Part shown: positions 12,170-24,731 of the stretch, in pieces
How the letters are laid out: the number at the start of each line of letters is the position of its first letter
Numbering within the stretch: position 1 is the stretch's first letter
NCBI GenBank assembly: GCA_963799325.1
Contig: CAWCWS010000004.1
Span: forward strand, 430,469-494,468
Length of the DNA: 64,000 nucleotides
Direction of reading: 5' to 3'
DNA from: an uncultured Alphaproteobacteria bacterium
GTDB lineage: Bacteria; Pseudomonadota; Alphaproteobacteria; Rhizobiales; Rhizobiaceae
The notes under the pieces: model-generated
The model's input: the letters and a program-made list of their open reading frames with translations, nothing else
Database searches by the model: none
Told to the model about the DNA's origin: nothing
Translations under genes and position numbers: made by a program

Positions 12170-12234
12170 AACGCGCATTCTTACGTTTACGTCAATAAAC
12201 GGCAGGAAGCCGGGCGAAAACTGGGGGAACTACG

Positions 12235-15200
12235 ATGACAGACACGCCGACGCTCGAGCGCATTCCGGAACCCAAGCGGCAGCCGATCGTCGGCAACATG
12301 CTGTCCATCGACGCCAATGCCCCGTTGCAGGGCATGATGGAGATGGCGCGCAATCTCGGCCCGATCTTCCGGCTCGACATGATGGGCACGCCCCTCGTCG
12401 TCGCGTCCGGTGCCGATATCGTTGAGGAACTGTGCGACGAAAGCCGGTTCGGCAAGACCGTGCGCGGGCCGCTGCGCCGTATTCGCGCCATCGGTGGCGA
12501 TGCCCTGTTCACTGCCGACACCACCGACCCGAACTGGCAAAAGGCCCACAACATCCTGCTGCCGACATTCTCCCGGCAAGCGATGCACAATTACCTGCCG
12601 ATGATGCTCGATGTCGGCAACCAGCTCGTCACCAAATGGGAGCGGATGAACGCCGACGACGAGATCGACGTGGTCCACGACATGACCGCCGTGGCGCTGG
12701 ACACGATCGGTCTGTGCGGCTTCGATTACCGCTTCAACTCGTTCTACCGGCGTGACTATCACCCCTTCATCGACGCCCTGAACCGCTCGCTGGAAACCTG
12801 CATGATGCAGCGCGGCCTGCCGTTCGAGGGGCAGGTGCTGCGCAAGCGGCTGAAACAGATGGAAAAAGACGTCGCCTTTATGAACAAGCTGGTGGACGAC
12901 ATCATCCACGAGCGACGCAAAGGCGGGGATGGCAGCAGCCAGAACGACCTGATGAATTACATGCTGGCGGGCGTAGACAAGGTGACGGGCGAGAGCCTTT
13001 CGGACGAGAACATCCGCTACCAGATCAACACCTTCCTGATCGCGGGCCACGAGACCACATCCGGCCTGATGTCGTTTACCCTCTACTACCTGCTCAACAA
13101 TCCCGACATTCTGGAACGAGCTTACGAAGAGGTGGACCGCGTGCTGGGGCGGGATATTTCGGCCACGCCGACCATCAAACAGGTCAACCAGCTTACCTAT
13201 ATCAATCAGATTCTGTCGGAAGCCCTGCGCCTTTGGCCCACCGCGCCCGCGCTCGGCATCGCGCCTTACGAGGACGAGATCGTCGGCGGCAAATACAAGC
13301 TGAAGAAAGGCACATTCGTCACCGTGCTGTCGCTGATGCTGCACCGCGACAAGTCGGTGTGGGGCGAGAATGCCGACACCTTCGACCCGGAAAACTTCTC
13401 GCGCGAGGCGCTCGCAGAGCGTCCGGTCCACGCTTACAAGCCCTTCGGCAACGGGCAGCGCGCCTGTATCGGGCGGCAATTCGCCATGCAGGAGGCCAAT
13501 CTGGTGATCGGTATGATCCTGCAGCGGTTCCAGCTGTTCGACCACACGAACTACCAGTTGAAGATCAAGGAAAGCCTGTCCATCAAGCCTGACGGGTTCT
13601 TCATCAAGGCCAAGTTGCGGCGGGACGTGACGCGCTCCCGCATGGTGCCGGGCGCTGCGGCGGAAGAGGACAGCGGCGGGCTTTCGCAGGCCGCGAAGAT
13701 ACCGTCCCACGGCACGAAAGCGCTGGTGCTTTACGGCTCCAATCTCGGCACCACCGAGGAGTTTGCCCGTCAGATCGCCCGTTCGGCGGACCAGAACGGC
13801 TTCGACACTGAATTGGGCACAATGAACGCTTTCGCGGGAAAATTGCCGAAGGACAGCGCGGTCATTCTGGCCTGCGCCTCCTATAACGGCACGCCGCCGG
13901 ACAATGCGGGGGTGTTCGTGGAGGCGTTGGAAGCCGCCGTGCCGGGCTCGCTTGAGGGTGTGAAATACGCCCTGTTCGGCTGCGGACATTCGGACTGGGC
14001 CGCGACCTTCCAGGCGACGCCGCGCATTATCGATGATGCCATGCAGGCGGCGGGTGCCACGCGCATTGGCGAGCGGGGCGAGGGTGATGCCAAGGACGAC
14101 ATCGACGAGGCGATTCGACGGCTGGTTCGCGGACCTCTGGCCGAACGTCGGCAAGGCTCTCGACCTTGACGTGACGTTCGATGCGGCAGCGGAATCCGAA
14201 CCGCTCTACAAGGTGGAGTTCATCGAGGCGGCGACCGACAATCCGCTCGTCGCCCAGCTGGGTGCCAAGGCGGTGACGGTGCGGGAAAACCGCGAGTTGC
14301 AGATCCGGATCGGATCGGTCCACCCGCCACATCGAGGTCGCGCTCGCACCTGGCCAGACCTACAATGTCGGCGACCATCTCAGCGTCGTGCCGCGTAATG
14401 CGCCCGATCTCGTGCGCCGGGTGGAACAGCGGTTCAGCCTGCCCGCCGGTGGCCATATCCGCCTGCAATCTTCGTCTGCGGACCATTCAAGCCTGCCGAC
14501 ACAGGCACCGATGCCTTTGCGGACCTTGCTGGAAGACCTAATCGAATTGCAGGCACCTGCGAGCCGCAAGGATGTTGCCGCTCTTGCCCGCCATACCGAA
14601 TGCCCGAAAAGCAAACCGGAACTCGACCGGCTGGCTGGCGACGGGTTCAAGGCGGATGTGCAGGGCAAGAAGCTGTCGGCGCTCGACCTGCTGGAGCGGT
14701 TTCCCGCTTGCGAGATGCCGTTTGCGGCGTTTCTGGAAACCTGCCCCAACATGGTGCCGCGCTACTATTCCATCTCGTCATCGCCTTTGGCCGGTGCGGA
14801 AAGCTGCACGATCACGGTCGCCGTAGTCGACGGTGAGAAGATGGAGGGCGGTCGCCACAAGGGTGTCTGCTCGTCCTATCTGGCCGGTGAAGGCGCGGGC
14901 GAGACCCTGTTCGCTTCGTTGCGCCAACCCTCCGCCGGGTTCACCCTGCCGGACGATTCCGAGCAGCCGATCATCATGATCGGCCCCGGCACAGGGCTGG
15001 CACCGTTCCGCGGGTTCTGTCAGGAACGTGCCGCTCTCAAGGCCGATGGTAAGACGCTTGGCCCCGCCATGCTGTTCTTCGGCTGCCGCCACCCTGAACA
15101 GGACTTTCTGTATGCGGACGAACTGAAAGGCTGGCACGAGGACGGGGTGATGGAGCTTCACACCGCGTTCTCACGCGCCCAGAAGCGCCGCGTCTATGTG

Positions 15201-15425
15201 CAGGACGTCATCCGCGACCAGCGCGATGCGGTGTGGTCGCTCATCGAGAAGGGCGCGAAGATTTTCGTGTGCGGCGATGGCGGGCGGATGGAGCCGGACG
15301 TGAGGCGTGCGCTGACGACGATCTATGCCGAGGAAACGGACAGCGACGACGGGGCGGCGGAAGCGTGGTTCGCCAAGCTGATGGCGGACGGTCGCTATGT
15401 GCTGGACGTGTGGGTGTCGGACTAG
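12235..15425 (+). pseudogene. bifunctional cytochrome P450 / NADPH-P450 reductase (CYP102, P450-BM3-like), frame-disrupted as assembled
   Basis: The P450 domain has the I-helix AGHETTS and the Cys-ligand loop FGNGQRACIGRQFA. The FMN domain has ALVLYGSNLGTTEEFA. The FAD/NADPH domain has RYYSISSSP, MIGPGTGLAPFRGF, FFGCRHPEQDFLY and FVCGDGGRM. Pieces start at 12235, 14033 and 14388 (mod 3 = 1,2,0), with switches near 14.11 and 14.31 kb. Confidence 0.9.
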
Positions 15426-15455
15426 AGTTCAGCCCCCCACAGTCCGGTGCGGGAT

Positions 15456-17886
15456 CTAACTCCGCACCAGACTCATGGCCGGATCGTAGGGAACATCGTC
15501 GAGAACTTTCGCGCTGACGGTTGTGCCCAGTAGATCCACGTCGAGTGCGGTATCAGCCGCAGAGCAGTCCGGATTCACAAAGCCCATCGCCAGGTTCAAT
15601 CCGGTTCTATGGCCCCAGCTTGCTGATGTGACCGTGCCGACTATCTTGCCGTCTTTTAGGATCGAATCCCCCGGATGGGGGCTGGCATGGTCGGCATCGA
15701 GCGCCAGCATGACGAACAATTGTTTCGGGGAGGCCGCCCGCCGTTCGACCAGAGCAGCCGCGCCGGTATAATCGTTTCCCTCGCGCACGAAGCGGGCGAG
15801 ACCGGACTCGTAGGGGTCGAACTCGGTGAGAAGGTCGGCCTTCCAGTGCCGGAAACCTTTTTCGATCCGCATGGATTCCGTTGCCAAGGCACCGAACGGC
15901 ACCATGCCGAAGGGTTGACCCGCCGCCCATAACGTATCGAAAGCGAGCCGCAGCTGGGCATTGGGAATATGGAGTTCCCATGCCAGTTCACCGGAAAACG
16001 AGACCGCCATCGCCATCGCCTCTGCGGTACCGATGGTAACGGGTTTGACCGATAGCCACGGGAACGCGGCTTTCGACCAGTCCGTGCGCGGCGCAGCGGC
16101 ACTCAGCACGTCGCGGGATTTCGGACCGGCGACGACGAGGATCGTGTGGGTGTTGGTCAGGCTTTCGATGCGAATGCGACCCGTCGTCGGGAAGATGGTC
16201 GCTCAGGTGGTCCATGTCATGAAACTCGGCGGCGGCAGCCGAGCCGAACCAGACGGTGCCCTCGGAGACATTGGCGAGCGTTGCTTCGGATTTCACCATG
16301 CCCTGTTCGTTGAGCAGATAGGTCAGCCCCACGCGACCGGCCTTGCGGGGCACACGGGAGCAGACCACTTTTTGCAGCCAGTCCTGCACGGCTTCGGACG
16401 ACGCGCCGTGGATAGCGAAGCGGTTGAAGCCGGACACTTCCATGATGCCGACACGGTTCTGCACCGCGTCCACCTCGGCGGCGACGACAGCGTGGGTCTC
16501 GTTGAAGCGGAAGGACAGGGTTTCGGTGAAGTCCGGCGACGGCTTGAAATACTGCGCCCTCTCCCACCCATTCACCGTGCCCCAATGGGCACCCAGTTCC
16601 GTCAGGCGGTCATAGAGCGGCGTCGTCTTGGCGGGCCGGCCTGCCGGACGGTGCTCGTGGGGCATGTGGAAGCGGAACTCGTTCTGATAGTCCTCGATCG
16701 ACTTCAACGCCGTGTATTCGACATTCGCATATTGCGTGAAACGGCGCGGGTCGAGCGACCAGGTATCGTAGCAGGCTTCACCGTGGGCGATGATCTGGGC
16801 CAGCAACCAGCCATGTCCGCCGCCTTCGCCAAGACCGGCGCGCAAGCCGGTGATGCAGTAGGCGTTGCGCTTGCCCGGAATGCGCCCGACCAGCGGCAGA
16901 CCGTCCGGCGTGTAGGTGATCGGGCCGTTGACGACCGAATGGATGCCCGCTTCCGCCAGACATGGCAGCAGCGTCATCGCCCCTTCCATCACGTCCGTCA
17001 CCCGGTCGAGATCGTCCGGGCAGAGCGCATTGGTGAAATTCGGGTCGATGCCGTCCAGCCCCCATGTCTTGCAGTCCTGCTCGTAGAACCCGATCAGCAG
17101 ACCCTTCTTCTCCTGACGCTGGTAGAAATCGTATTTCGGGCAGCGGATCAGCGGCACGCGGGTGTCGAGCGCCTCGATCTGCGGGATGGCATCGGTGAGC
17201 ATGTATTGATGCTCCATCGAGGCCACGGGTAATTGATGCCCCATCATCGCAGCGATTTCATTGCAGCGGTAACCGGCTGCATTGACAATCTTGTTGGCGT
17301 GGATGTCGCCATTCGTCGTGTGGACGATCCAGCTGTCATCCGCCTGCTGCGTCAATCCGGTCACCTCGGTCTGGCGATAGACTTCCGCCCCCGCCTTGCG
17401 CGCGCGACGGGCCAGTGCCTGACAGAGTTGGGCCGGATCGATATCCCCGTCCAGCGGATCCCACAAAGCACCCAATACAGCCTCGCCGTTCAAAAGCGGG
17501 TGGCGGCGAGCGCATTCGGTGGCGTCGATCAACTCGAAATCGACGCCCATGCCCCTGGCCAGTGACATGAAGTGGTTGTAGCCGTCGAGATGGTCCTGCG
17601 TATGGGCAAGGCGCAACCCGCCCGTGCCGTGGTGGTAGTTGATCGGATAGTCGGGGTCGTCCGCCAGTTCCTTGTAGAGCGCGATGGAATGGGATTTCAG
17701 GCCCACCATCGTCTGGTTGCCGCCGAAATTGGTGACCTGCGCGGCGGAATGCCAAGTGGTGCCGGATGTCAGTTCGTCACGCTCGATGAGCACGCAATCG
17801 GTGATGCCTTCCTGGGTGAGATGGTAGAGAAGCGAGCATCCACCGATACCACCGCCGATGACCGCGACGTCCGTTTGTGTTTTCAT
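15456..17886 (-). pseudogene. FAD-dependent oxidoreductase with GcvT-like C-terminal domain (sarcosine/dimethylglycine dehydrogenase family), one frame switch
   Basis: The start is MKTQTDVAVIGGGIGGCSLLYHL (a DAO-type FAD fold), taken at M54 of ORF 15988..18045. The C-terminal aminomethyltransferase-fold part lies in ORF 15456..16109 (SFSGELAWELHIP, GKIVGTVTSASWGH). The pieces join near 16.18 kb (..LPDDG / RIRIESLTNTHTILVVAGPKSRDVL..). Confidence 0.8.
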
Positions 17887-19011
17887 CGCGCCGTTCCCCC
17901 ACACACCATGTCGTCTTTTGGGACGCCCATTCCCATAAATGCAAGTGGTAGATACATAAAAAGGGCGGATCTCTCGACCCGCCCGTTCGCGTTTGGTATG
18001 ACTTGGAGGTCTACAAGCGCCTGGTCGGTAATTTCCGACGTCCATGCACCTTGCGGCTCGGCCGTGATGACAGGCTCGTCGCCTGCCGACAGCAGCGTCT
18101 TCACGGTGCGCTGATAGTCGGCCTCGTCGAGCGCGCCGTTGGTACCGGCGGTCAGCTTGGCGATCTCGCCCATCATGCGCTTCTGGTGCTCTTCGGTCTG
18201 TGCGCCGGAGGCATCGTTTTCCAGCACGATCATGGCCGCTTCGTCGGTGTTCTCCTCGGCGTATTTCCAGCCTTTCATGGAGGCGCGAACGAACTTGACC
18301 ATCTTTTCCTTGAAGGCTTCGTCGGCCAGCTTGTCTTCCAGCACGTAGAGACCGTCTTCCAGCGTCGAGACACCCTGGTCCTCATACTTGAAGACCACCA
18401 GATCGTCTGGCGTCAGACCGGCGTCGATGACCTGCCAGTATTCGTTGTAGGTCATGGTGGAGATGCAATCGGCCTGCTTCTGCAAGCAGCGGATCGACGT
18501 TGAAGCCCTGTTTCAGCACTGTCACGCCGTCCTCGGAACCGTCCGTCGTGATGCCGAGCTCGCTCATCCAGGACAGGAACGGATATTCGTTGCCGAAGAA
18601 CCAGACGCCGAGTGTCTTGCCCTTGAAGTCGGCGGGGTCGGTGATACCGGTTTCCTTGCGGCAGGTCAGCATCATGCCGGAGGATTTGAACGGCTGCGCG
18701 ATGTTGACCATCGGCACGCCCTTTTCACGGGTGGCGAGCGCGGACGGCATCCAGTCGACGACCACGTCGGCACCGCCACCGGCGAGCACCTGTGCGGGCG
18801 CGATGTCCGGCCCGCCCGGCTTGATTTCCACGTCGAGACCTTCCTGTTCGTAGAAGCCCTTGTCCTTGGCCACGTAGTAGCCAGCGAACTGGGCCTGTGT
18901 GACCCATTTCAGCTGAAGCACGACCTTGTTGTCGTCGCTCTGCGCCCACGCGATGGCGGGCGCCGCCATCGTGATCGCCGCTGCTGCGGCCAATGCTGCA
19001 AGTCTGTTCAT
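17883..19011 (-). pseudogene. ABC transporter substrate-binding protein (NMT1/THI5-like, NitT/TauT family), frame switch near 18.48 kb; 3' end uncertain
   Basis: Signal peptide MNRLAALAAAAAITMAAPAIAWAQ, then LQLKWVTQAQFAGYYVAKDKGFYEQEGLDV. The sequence continues in ORF 17883..18485 (..KQADCISTMTYNEYWQV..). The last ~40 codons of that ORF run through a terminator hairpin, so the real stop is probably near 18.0 kb. Confidence 0.75.
17956..17985 (-). terminator. probable rho-independent terminator downstream of the ABC binding-protein gene
   Basis: On the minus strand this reads GGGCGGGTCGAGAGATCCGCCC followed by TTTTTAT. It sits in a locally AT-rich stretch. Confidence 0.5.
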
Positions 19012-19025
19012 GCGATTCTCCTGTT

Positions 19026-19902
19026 TCAGCTCCGTCTTACCGACGGATGCCAGAATGTGACCGTGCGTTCGATGAGCGCAATGGTTCCGTAAAAGGTGGA
19101 GCCTGCCAAAGCCGCCACCGCGATCTGGGCCCAGACCATGTCGATATTCATGCGCCCGACCTCGGTGGAGATGCGGAAGCCCATGCCGACGATGGGTGTG
19201 CCGAAAAACTCGGCCACGATCGCACCGATGAGCGCGAGTGTCGAATTGATCTTGAGTGCATTGAAGATGAAAGGAGCCGCTGCTGGCAAGCGCAACTTTA
19301 GAAGCGTCTGCCACCAGCTTGCCGCATAGGTCGCCATCAGGTCGCGGCTCATGGTGTCGGACGCCGACAGGCCCTGCACCGTGTTCACCAGCATGGGGAA
19401 GAAGGTCATCACCACGACGACGGCGGCTTTCGACTGCCAGTCGAAGCCGAACCACATGACCATGATGGGCGCTATGCCCACCACCGGAAGTGCCGAGACA
19501 AAGTTGCCGAGCGGCATGAGGCCGTTCTTCAGGAACGGAGAGCGGTCGACGGCGAGCGCCACGAGAAAACCCGGAACCGCAGCCCAGAATGTAGCCGGCA
19601 AACACGGCCTTGAAGGTTTGAAGGAAATCGGCGCGTAGAATGTCGGTGGAGTTGGTGATGCGCTCCCACACCATGCTGGGGGGCGGCAGCAGGACGGTCG
19701 GTACGTTCAGCCCGCGCACGAGCAATTCCCAGATAACGAACAACGTGATGCCGAAGATGAGTGGCACGGCGAGGCCGATGGCGCGGGTGAGCACCATGTT
19801 GTGGCCGGTGTCGATGGAGACGAGCCGCTGGTTCAGCCACCAGGCGAACAGCCAGAACGCAAACGCCATCCAGACGAGTATCGAGATGCCTGCAACGGTC
19901 AT
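19026..19902 (-). pseudogene. ABC transporter permease (NitT/TauT family), one frame switch near 19.59 kb
   Basis: MTVAGISILVWMAFAFWLFAWW... joins ORF 19026..19601 (..LPVVGIAPIMVMWFGFDWQSKAAVV..FFPMLVNT..), which carries the BPD-type permease EAA-loop region. The start overlaps the upstream permease stop (ATGA). Confidence 0.8.
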
Positions 19903-20790
19903 GTGGCCTGTTCCCCCATCCGCGCCAGCACCATGCGATGGCCGACACCGACCAAGCGCGACCAGAGTCGCCGCCATCGCAGCGGCCACGACGAGCGCGG
20001 ACCATATCTGGATCGTCTGTCCGTAATAGGAACCAGCCAGCAAACGCGCGCCGAGACCCGCGACCGCGCCTGTCGGCATTTCACCCAACGATGGCGCCGA
20101 CCAGCGAAATGGCGACGGCGATCTTGAGCGACGTGAACAAGAACGGCAATGAAGCCGGCAATCGCAATTTCCAAAAGGTTTGCGCGCGCGAAGCGGAATA
20201 GGTGTGCATGAGGTCCAGTTGCGCCGCATCCGGCGCGCGCAGGCCCGCCACCATGCCGACGACGACCGGGAAGAACGACAGGTAGGTGGAGATCAGCGCC
20301 TTCGGCAGCAGCCCGGAAATACCCGCCGCATTCAGCACCACGATAATCATCGGCGCGATGGCCAGAATGGGAATCGTCTGGCTGGTGATGACCCATGGCA
20401 TGACGGACTTGTCCATCGCCCGGTTGTGGACGATGCCCACCGCCAGCGCGACACGCCGAGCGCCGTGCCGATGAGAAAGCCGAGCAGGGTCGCGGATAGC
20501 GTGATCCATGCGTGGTAGATCAGGCTTCGCTTCGAGAACGGCCGCCCGGCCAGCGCCATCGCGCCGGTGGTTTTCCAGATTTCCACCGCCACCTGATGGG
20601 GCGCGGGCAGAACGGGCCGGTCCTGCCGCATGGTCTCGGGGATTATTTCGGAGAATGACGGTGGCGGTGTGCCTGCCCGCTCGGCCTGATCGCGGATGAA
20701 CGGGGTGTTCAGGAAAACGGCGGCGACGTACCATATGACGAAGAGGACTGCGACGACGGTAAGGACGGGGATGGTTTTGGAGGTGTTCAT
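19899..20790 (-). pseudogene. ABC transporter permease (NitT/TauT family), about three frame switches
   Basis: MNTSKTIPVLTVVAVLFVIWYVAAVF... continues through pieces of ORFs 20081..20971, 18382..20229 and 19899..20396 (..TSQTIPILAIAPMIIVVLNAAGISG..SFFPVVVGMV..LKIAVAISLVGAIVGEMPTG..). Confidence 0.75.
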
Positions 20791-21086
20791 GCCGGACCGG
20801 GCTCCTTGTCCACGGGAGGCCAGCTGCGGGCCGTATGGACGACGAACAGTTAGTGACGGTTTGGACTGTCCGTCCGATAGACCAACCGGTAACTGGGGTG
20901 AGGGAACAGTTCGCGAGTATTCGGTAACAATCCGGGAACGCCCATCTGCGGAAATTCCAGCAGACGTTCACACGAGGAGGAAATCAAGGCGTCAATCCTG
21001 TTTGCACCCTTCGGACTTTCCTGCTGGTTGTGATCGAAGATCATGCGGCGCTGACGCTGGGCGTGTCGCGTCCAGTTCAAACGCAT
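20787..21086 (-). pseudogene. RelE/ParE-family toxin interrupted by an in-frame TAA (20850-20852)
   Basis: MRLNWTRHAQRQRRMIFDH.QQESPKGANRIDALISSSCERLLEFPQMGVPGLLPNTRELFPHPSYRLVYRTD... has the ParE pattern. After the TAA the same frame continues LFVVHTARSWPPVDKEPGPA and ends in a TGA overlapping the permease ATG. Confidence 0.65.
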
Positions 21087-21093
21087 CGTTGCT

Positions 21094-21358
21094 TCAGTCC
21101 AAAGCCACGGCCGCCGCCCGCCGTGCGACAAACTCGCTTTCCACGTCCTCGTGGGAGATAACGCGACCCCGTTCAATGTCGGTTTCGGCGCGTTTCAGAT
21201 GGTCCTGCAGGAACGCCCGGTAGTCCGGATCGTGTTCGCTCACGAACCTGGAAACAGCCGTGCTGGCCAGTTCCGCGTCAGTCAAGACTCACGGCTTCGG
21301 CTGCTCGACGAAGGTCCTGCGCAGTCTGCCGGTCGAGCGTGATGGTCAGGGTGTCCAT
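21094..21358 (-). CDS. ribbon-helix-helix type antitoxin (partner of ParE-like gene), one frame switch near 21.285 kb
   Basis: MDTLTITLDRQTAQDLRRAAEA.. (an RHH-like N-terminus at the tail of ORF 21278..21793) joins ORF 21094..21285 (..AELASTAVSRFVSEHD...AETDIERGRVISHEDVESEF..). The stop lies 8 nt upstream of the toxin ATG. Confidence 0.55.
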
Positions 21359-21387
21359 GTGAGCGTCTCCTAAGCGTGTGTGAAACT

Positions 21388-22193
21388 CTAGCGGAACGTC
21401 GTGCTCAAACAAGGGTCTATCCGTCCAGCCCATGCCCTGCGCGCAAGCCCGTCGCGCACCCGTGCGGCGACAGCGAGAAAATCGGCACTTTCGCGGATGT
21501 TCAGCGGGCGTTCCTTCGGCAGCGGGCTTTCGATAATTTCGTGAATGCGGCCCGGGCGGGGAGACATGACGACGATGCGGGTCGACAGATAGACGGCTTC
21601 GGGGATTGAGTGGGTGACGAAGCAGATCGTCTTGCCGGTCCGCGCCCACAATTCCAGCAGCGCCTCGTTCAACGTGTCGCGGACGATCTCGTCCAGCGCG
21701 CCAAACGGTTCGTCCATCAGCAGCAGGTCGGCGTCGAAGGCCAGCGCGCGGGCGATGGAGGCACGTTGCTGCATGCCACCGGACAGTTGCCACGGATATT
21801 TCTTGGCGAAGCCGGACAGTTCGACCAGTTCCAGCACTCGGCGACGCGCTTCTGGCGGTCCGCGCCCGGAGTGCCCATGATTTCGAGCGGCAGAGCGATG
21901 TTCTTCTCGATGGTCCGCCACGGTTGGAGCGAGGCGGCCTGAAAGACGTAGCCGTAGGCCCGTGCCTTACGGGCGTCGGCGGGCGTCATGCCGTTGACGG
22001 TGATCGCGCCGCCGGTGGGCTGTTCGAGGTCGGCGATCACGCGCAGAAACGTCGTCTTGCCGCAGCCGGACGGGCCGATGAACGAGACGAACTCACCGGG
22101 CGCGATATCCAGCGATACGTCCTTGAGCGCGTGGACAGGGGCGTCAGCGGTTTGGAAGGTGAGGGAGAGGTATTGGGCGGAGACTACGGTCAT
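21388..22193 (-). pseudogene. ABC transporter ATP-binding protein (NitT/TauT family), frame switch near 21.85 kb
   Basis: Walker A GPSGCGKTT, Q-loop YVFQ, signature LSGGMQQRASIARAL and Walker B LLLMDEPFGALD, spread over ORFs 21717..22193 and 21388..21921. Confidence 0.85.
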
Positions 22194-22873
22194 GGGTTTA
22201 AACCGAGAATGGCTTTTATAGCAGGATTGCCCTTTATCATTTGACCCTGCTCTTCAGCCCTTCGAAATGCTTGGCGCAGTGCCGCATGGTTACGTCGCAT
22301 CTCGCTTTTGTTAAGCCTTGGATTCTTACCATCTAAGATTTCTAACCCTTGCGTGAGCATAGCCTGAATGTAGCTGGCTCGTTCTAGCAACATTACTATC
22401 CTGGTTCGATCAGTTTCAGATGTGACAATCTGATAGCGGTTTTTTTCAACGCGAACGTACCTCGAAGATCGAAAATAGAAATGGCCATCGTCATGATGAG
22501 AGACGTCTATTCGGCCATGAATAAGATGATTTCTGGCCATCCAAATTTCTTCTATCGAGAAAGCGAGGCCGTTTAAATCAATTCGGTCATCCGCGTCTCC
22601 GCAGGCTCTAAGTGGGCTATGTTCAAGGTAGGCTAACACTAAAAAATCAATTTTTCCAATTTCCCCTTGCTTACGGCTAATCATTTTCATAGGGAAGTTT
22701 GGTGTCCGCTTTGTTAGAGGGCTAGCGAGTTTTGAATAGGCAAATATAAATCGGTCTATTACGAACTCTAGTCCAGAAATGTAATTGCAAAAATATCCTA
22801 GTGATGCATACAGATTCATTGAAGTCTCATCTAGATCTAAAAAATTCCTTGGAATATTTATTGAGACTGACAA
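22190..22873 (-). CDS. hypothetical protein, AT-rich orphan ORF with HEPN-like RNxxxHG motif
   Basis: Intact 227-aa ORF in a segment that is visibly AT-rich compared with its flanks. I recognise no family. It contains ..EEIWMARNHLIHGRID.. (R114-x4-H119). It fills the whole hydantoinase-to-ATPase junction, and its TGA overlaps the ATPase ATG. Confidence 0.6.
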   Translation of the reverse strand: MSVSINIPRNFLDLDETSMNLYASLGYFCNYISGLEFVIDRFIFAYSKLASPLTKRTPNFPMKMISRKQGEIGKIDFLVLAYLEHSPLRACGDADDRIDLNGLAFSIEEIWMARNHLIHGRIDVSHHDDGHFYFRSSRYVRVEKNRYQIVTSETDRTRIVMLLERASYIQAMLTQGLEILDGKNPRLNKSEMRRNHAALRQAFRRAEEQGQMIKGNPAIKAILGLNP

Positions 22874-22916
22874 AATAATTGCTTTCCTTTAATTTCTCAC
22901 TGTCAGATTAAATTGC

Positions 22917-24374
<1,458 letters not shown>

Positions 24375-24378
<4 letters not shown>

Positions 24379-24731
24379 GGGGATTCTCCGGTCTGCCCTG
24401 CGAGTGCATAGAGGTTGAGATGGAAGGCGAGCGCAAGATCGACTTTGGCCATATCGGCGGTAGTCAACACGCCTATTTCACGGCCCAATTTTGCCGTTGG
24501 AATGGTCTGTATCTTCTCGCATTGAATATGGGGCTGCTTTTCAACCCATTGGTTTCCGTTGGATCAACGGCCACGCGAATTTCCAGTTCGTGCGAAACAT
24601 CCGACGTGATGAGGCAAATCGATATGCTTCGAACAGAGGGAGCGTGTGATCGTTTTGCACGACCAGCTCGGGCGTGGCTTCTTGTAGTCGCCACTCAACG
24701 CAATAAGGACGAGTGATCCTCGTCTTACCAT
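24375..24731 (-). pseudogene. PemK/MazF-family toxin, three -1 frame switches
   Basis: Stitching three frames gives MVRRGSLVLIALSGDYKKPRP / ELVVQNDHTLPLFEAY / SISICLITSDVSHELEIRVAVDPTETNGLKSSP / HIQCEKIQTIPTAKLGREIGVLTTADMAKVDLALAFHLNL... This matches the alphaproteobacterial PemK pattern GD..KPRPALV.Q.D...TS......V.P...NGL..S.V..DK..T....K.G. The ATG overlaps the stop of the upstream small ORF, and the TGA overlaps the hydantoinase ATG. Confidence 0.6.
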
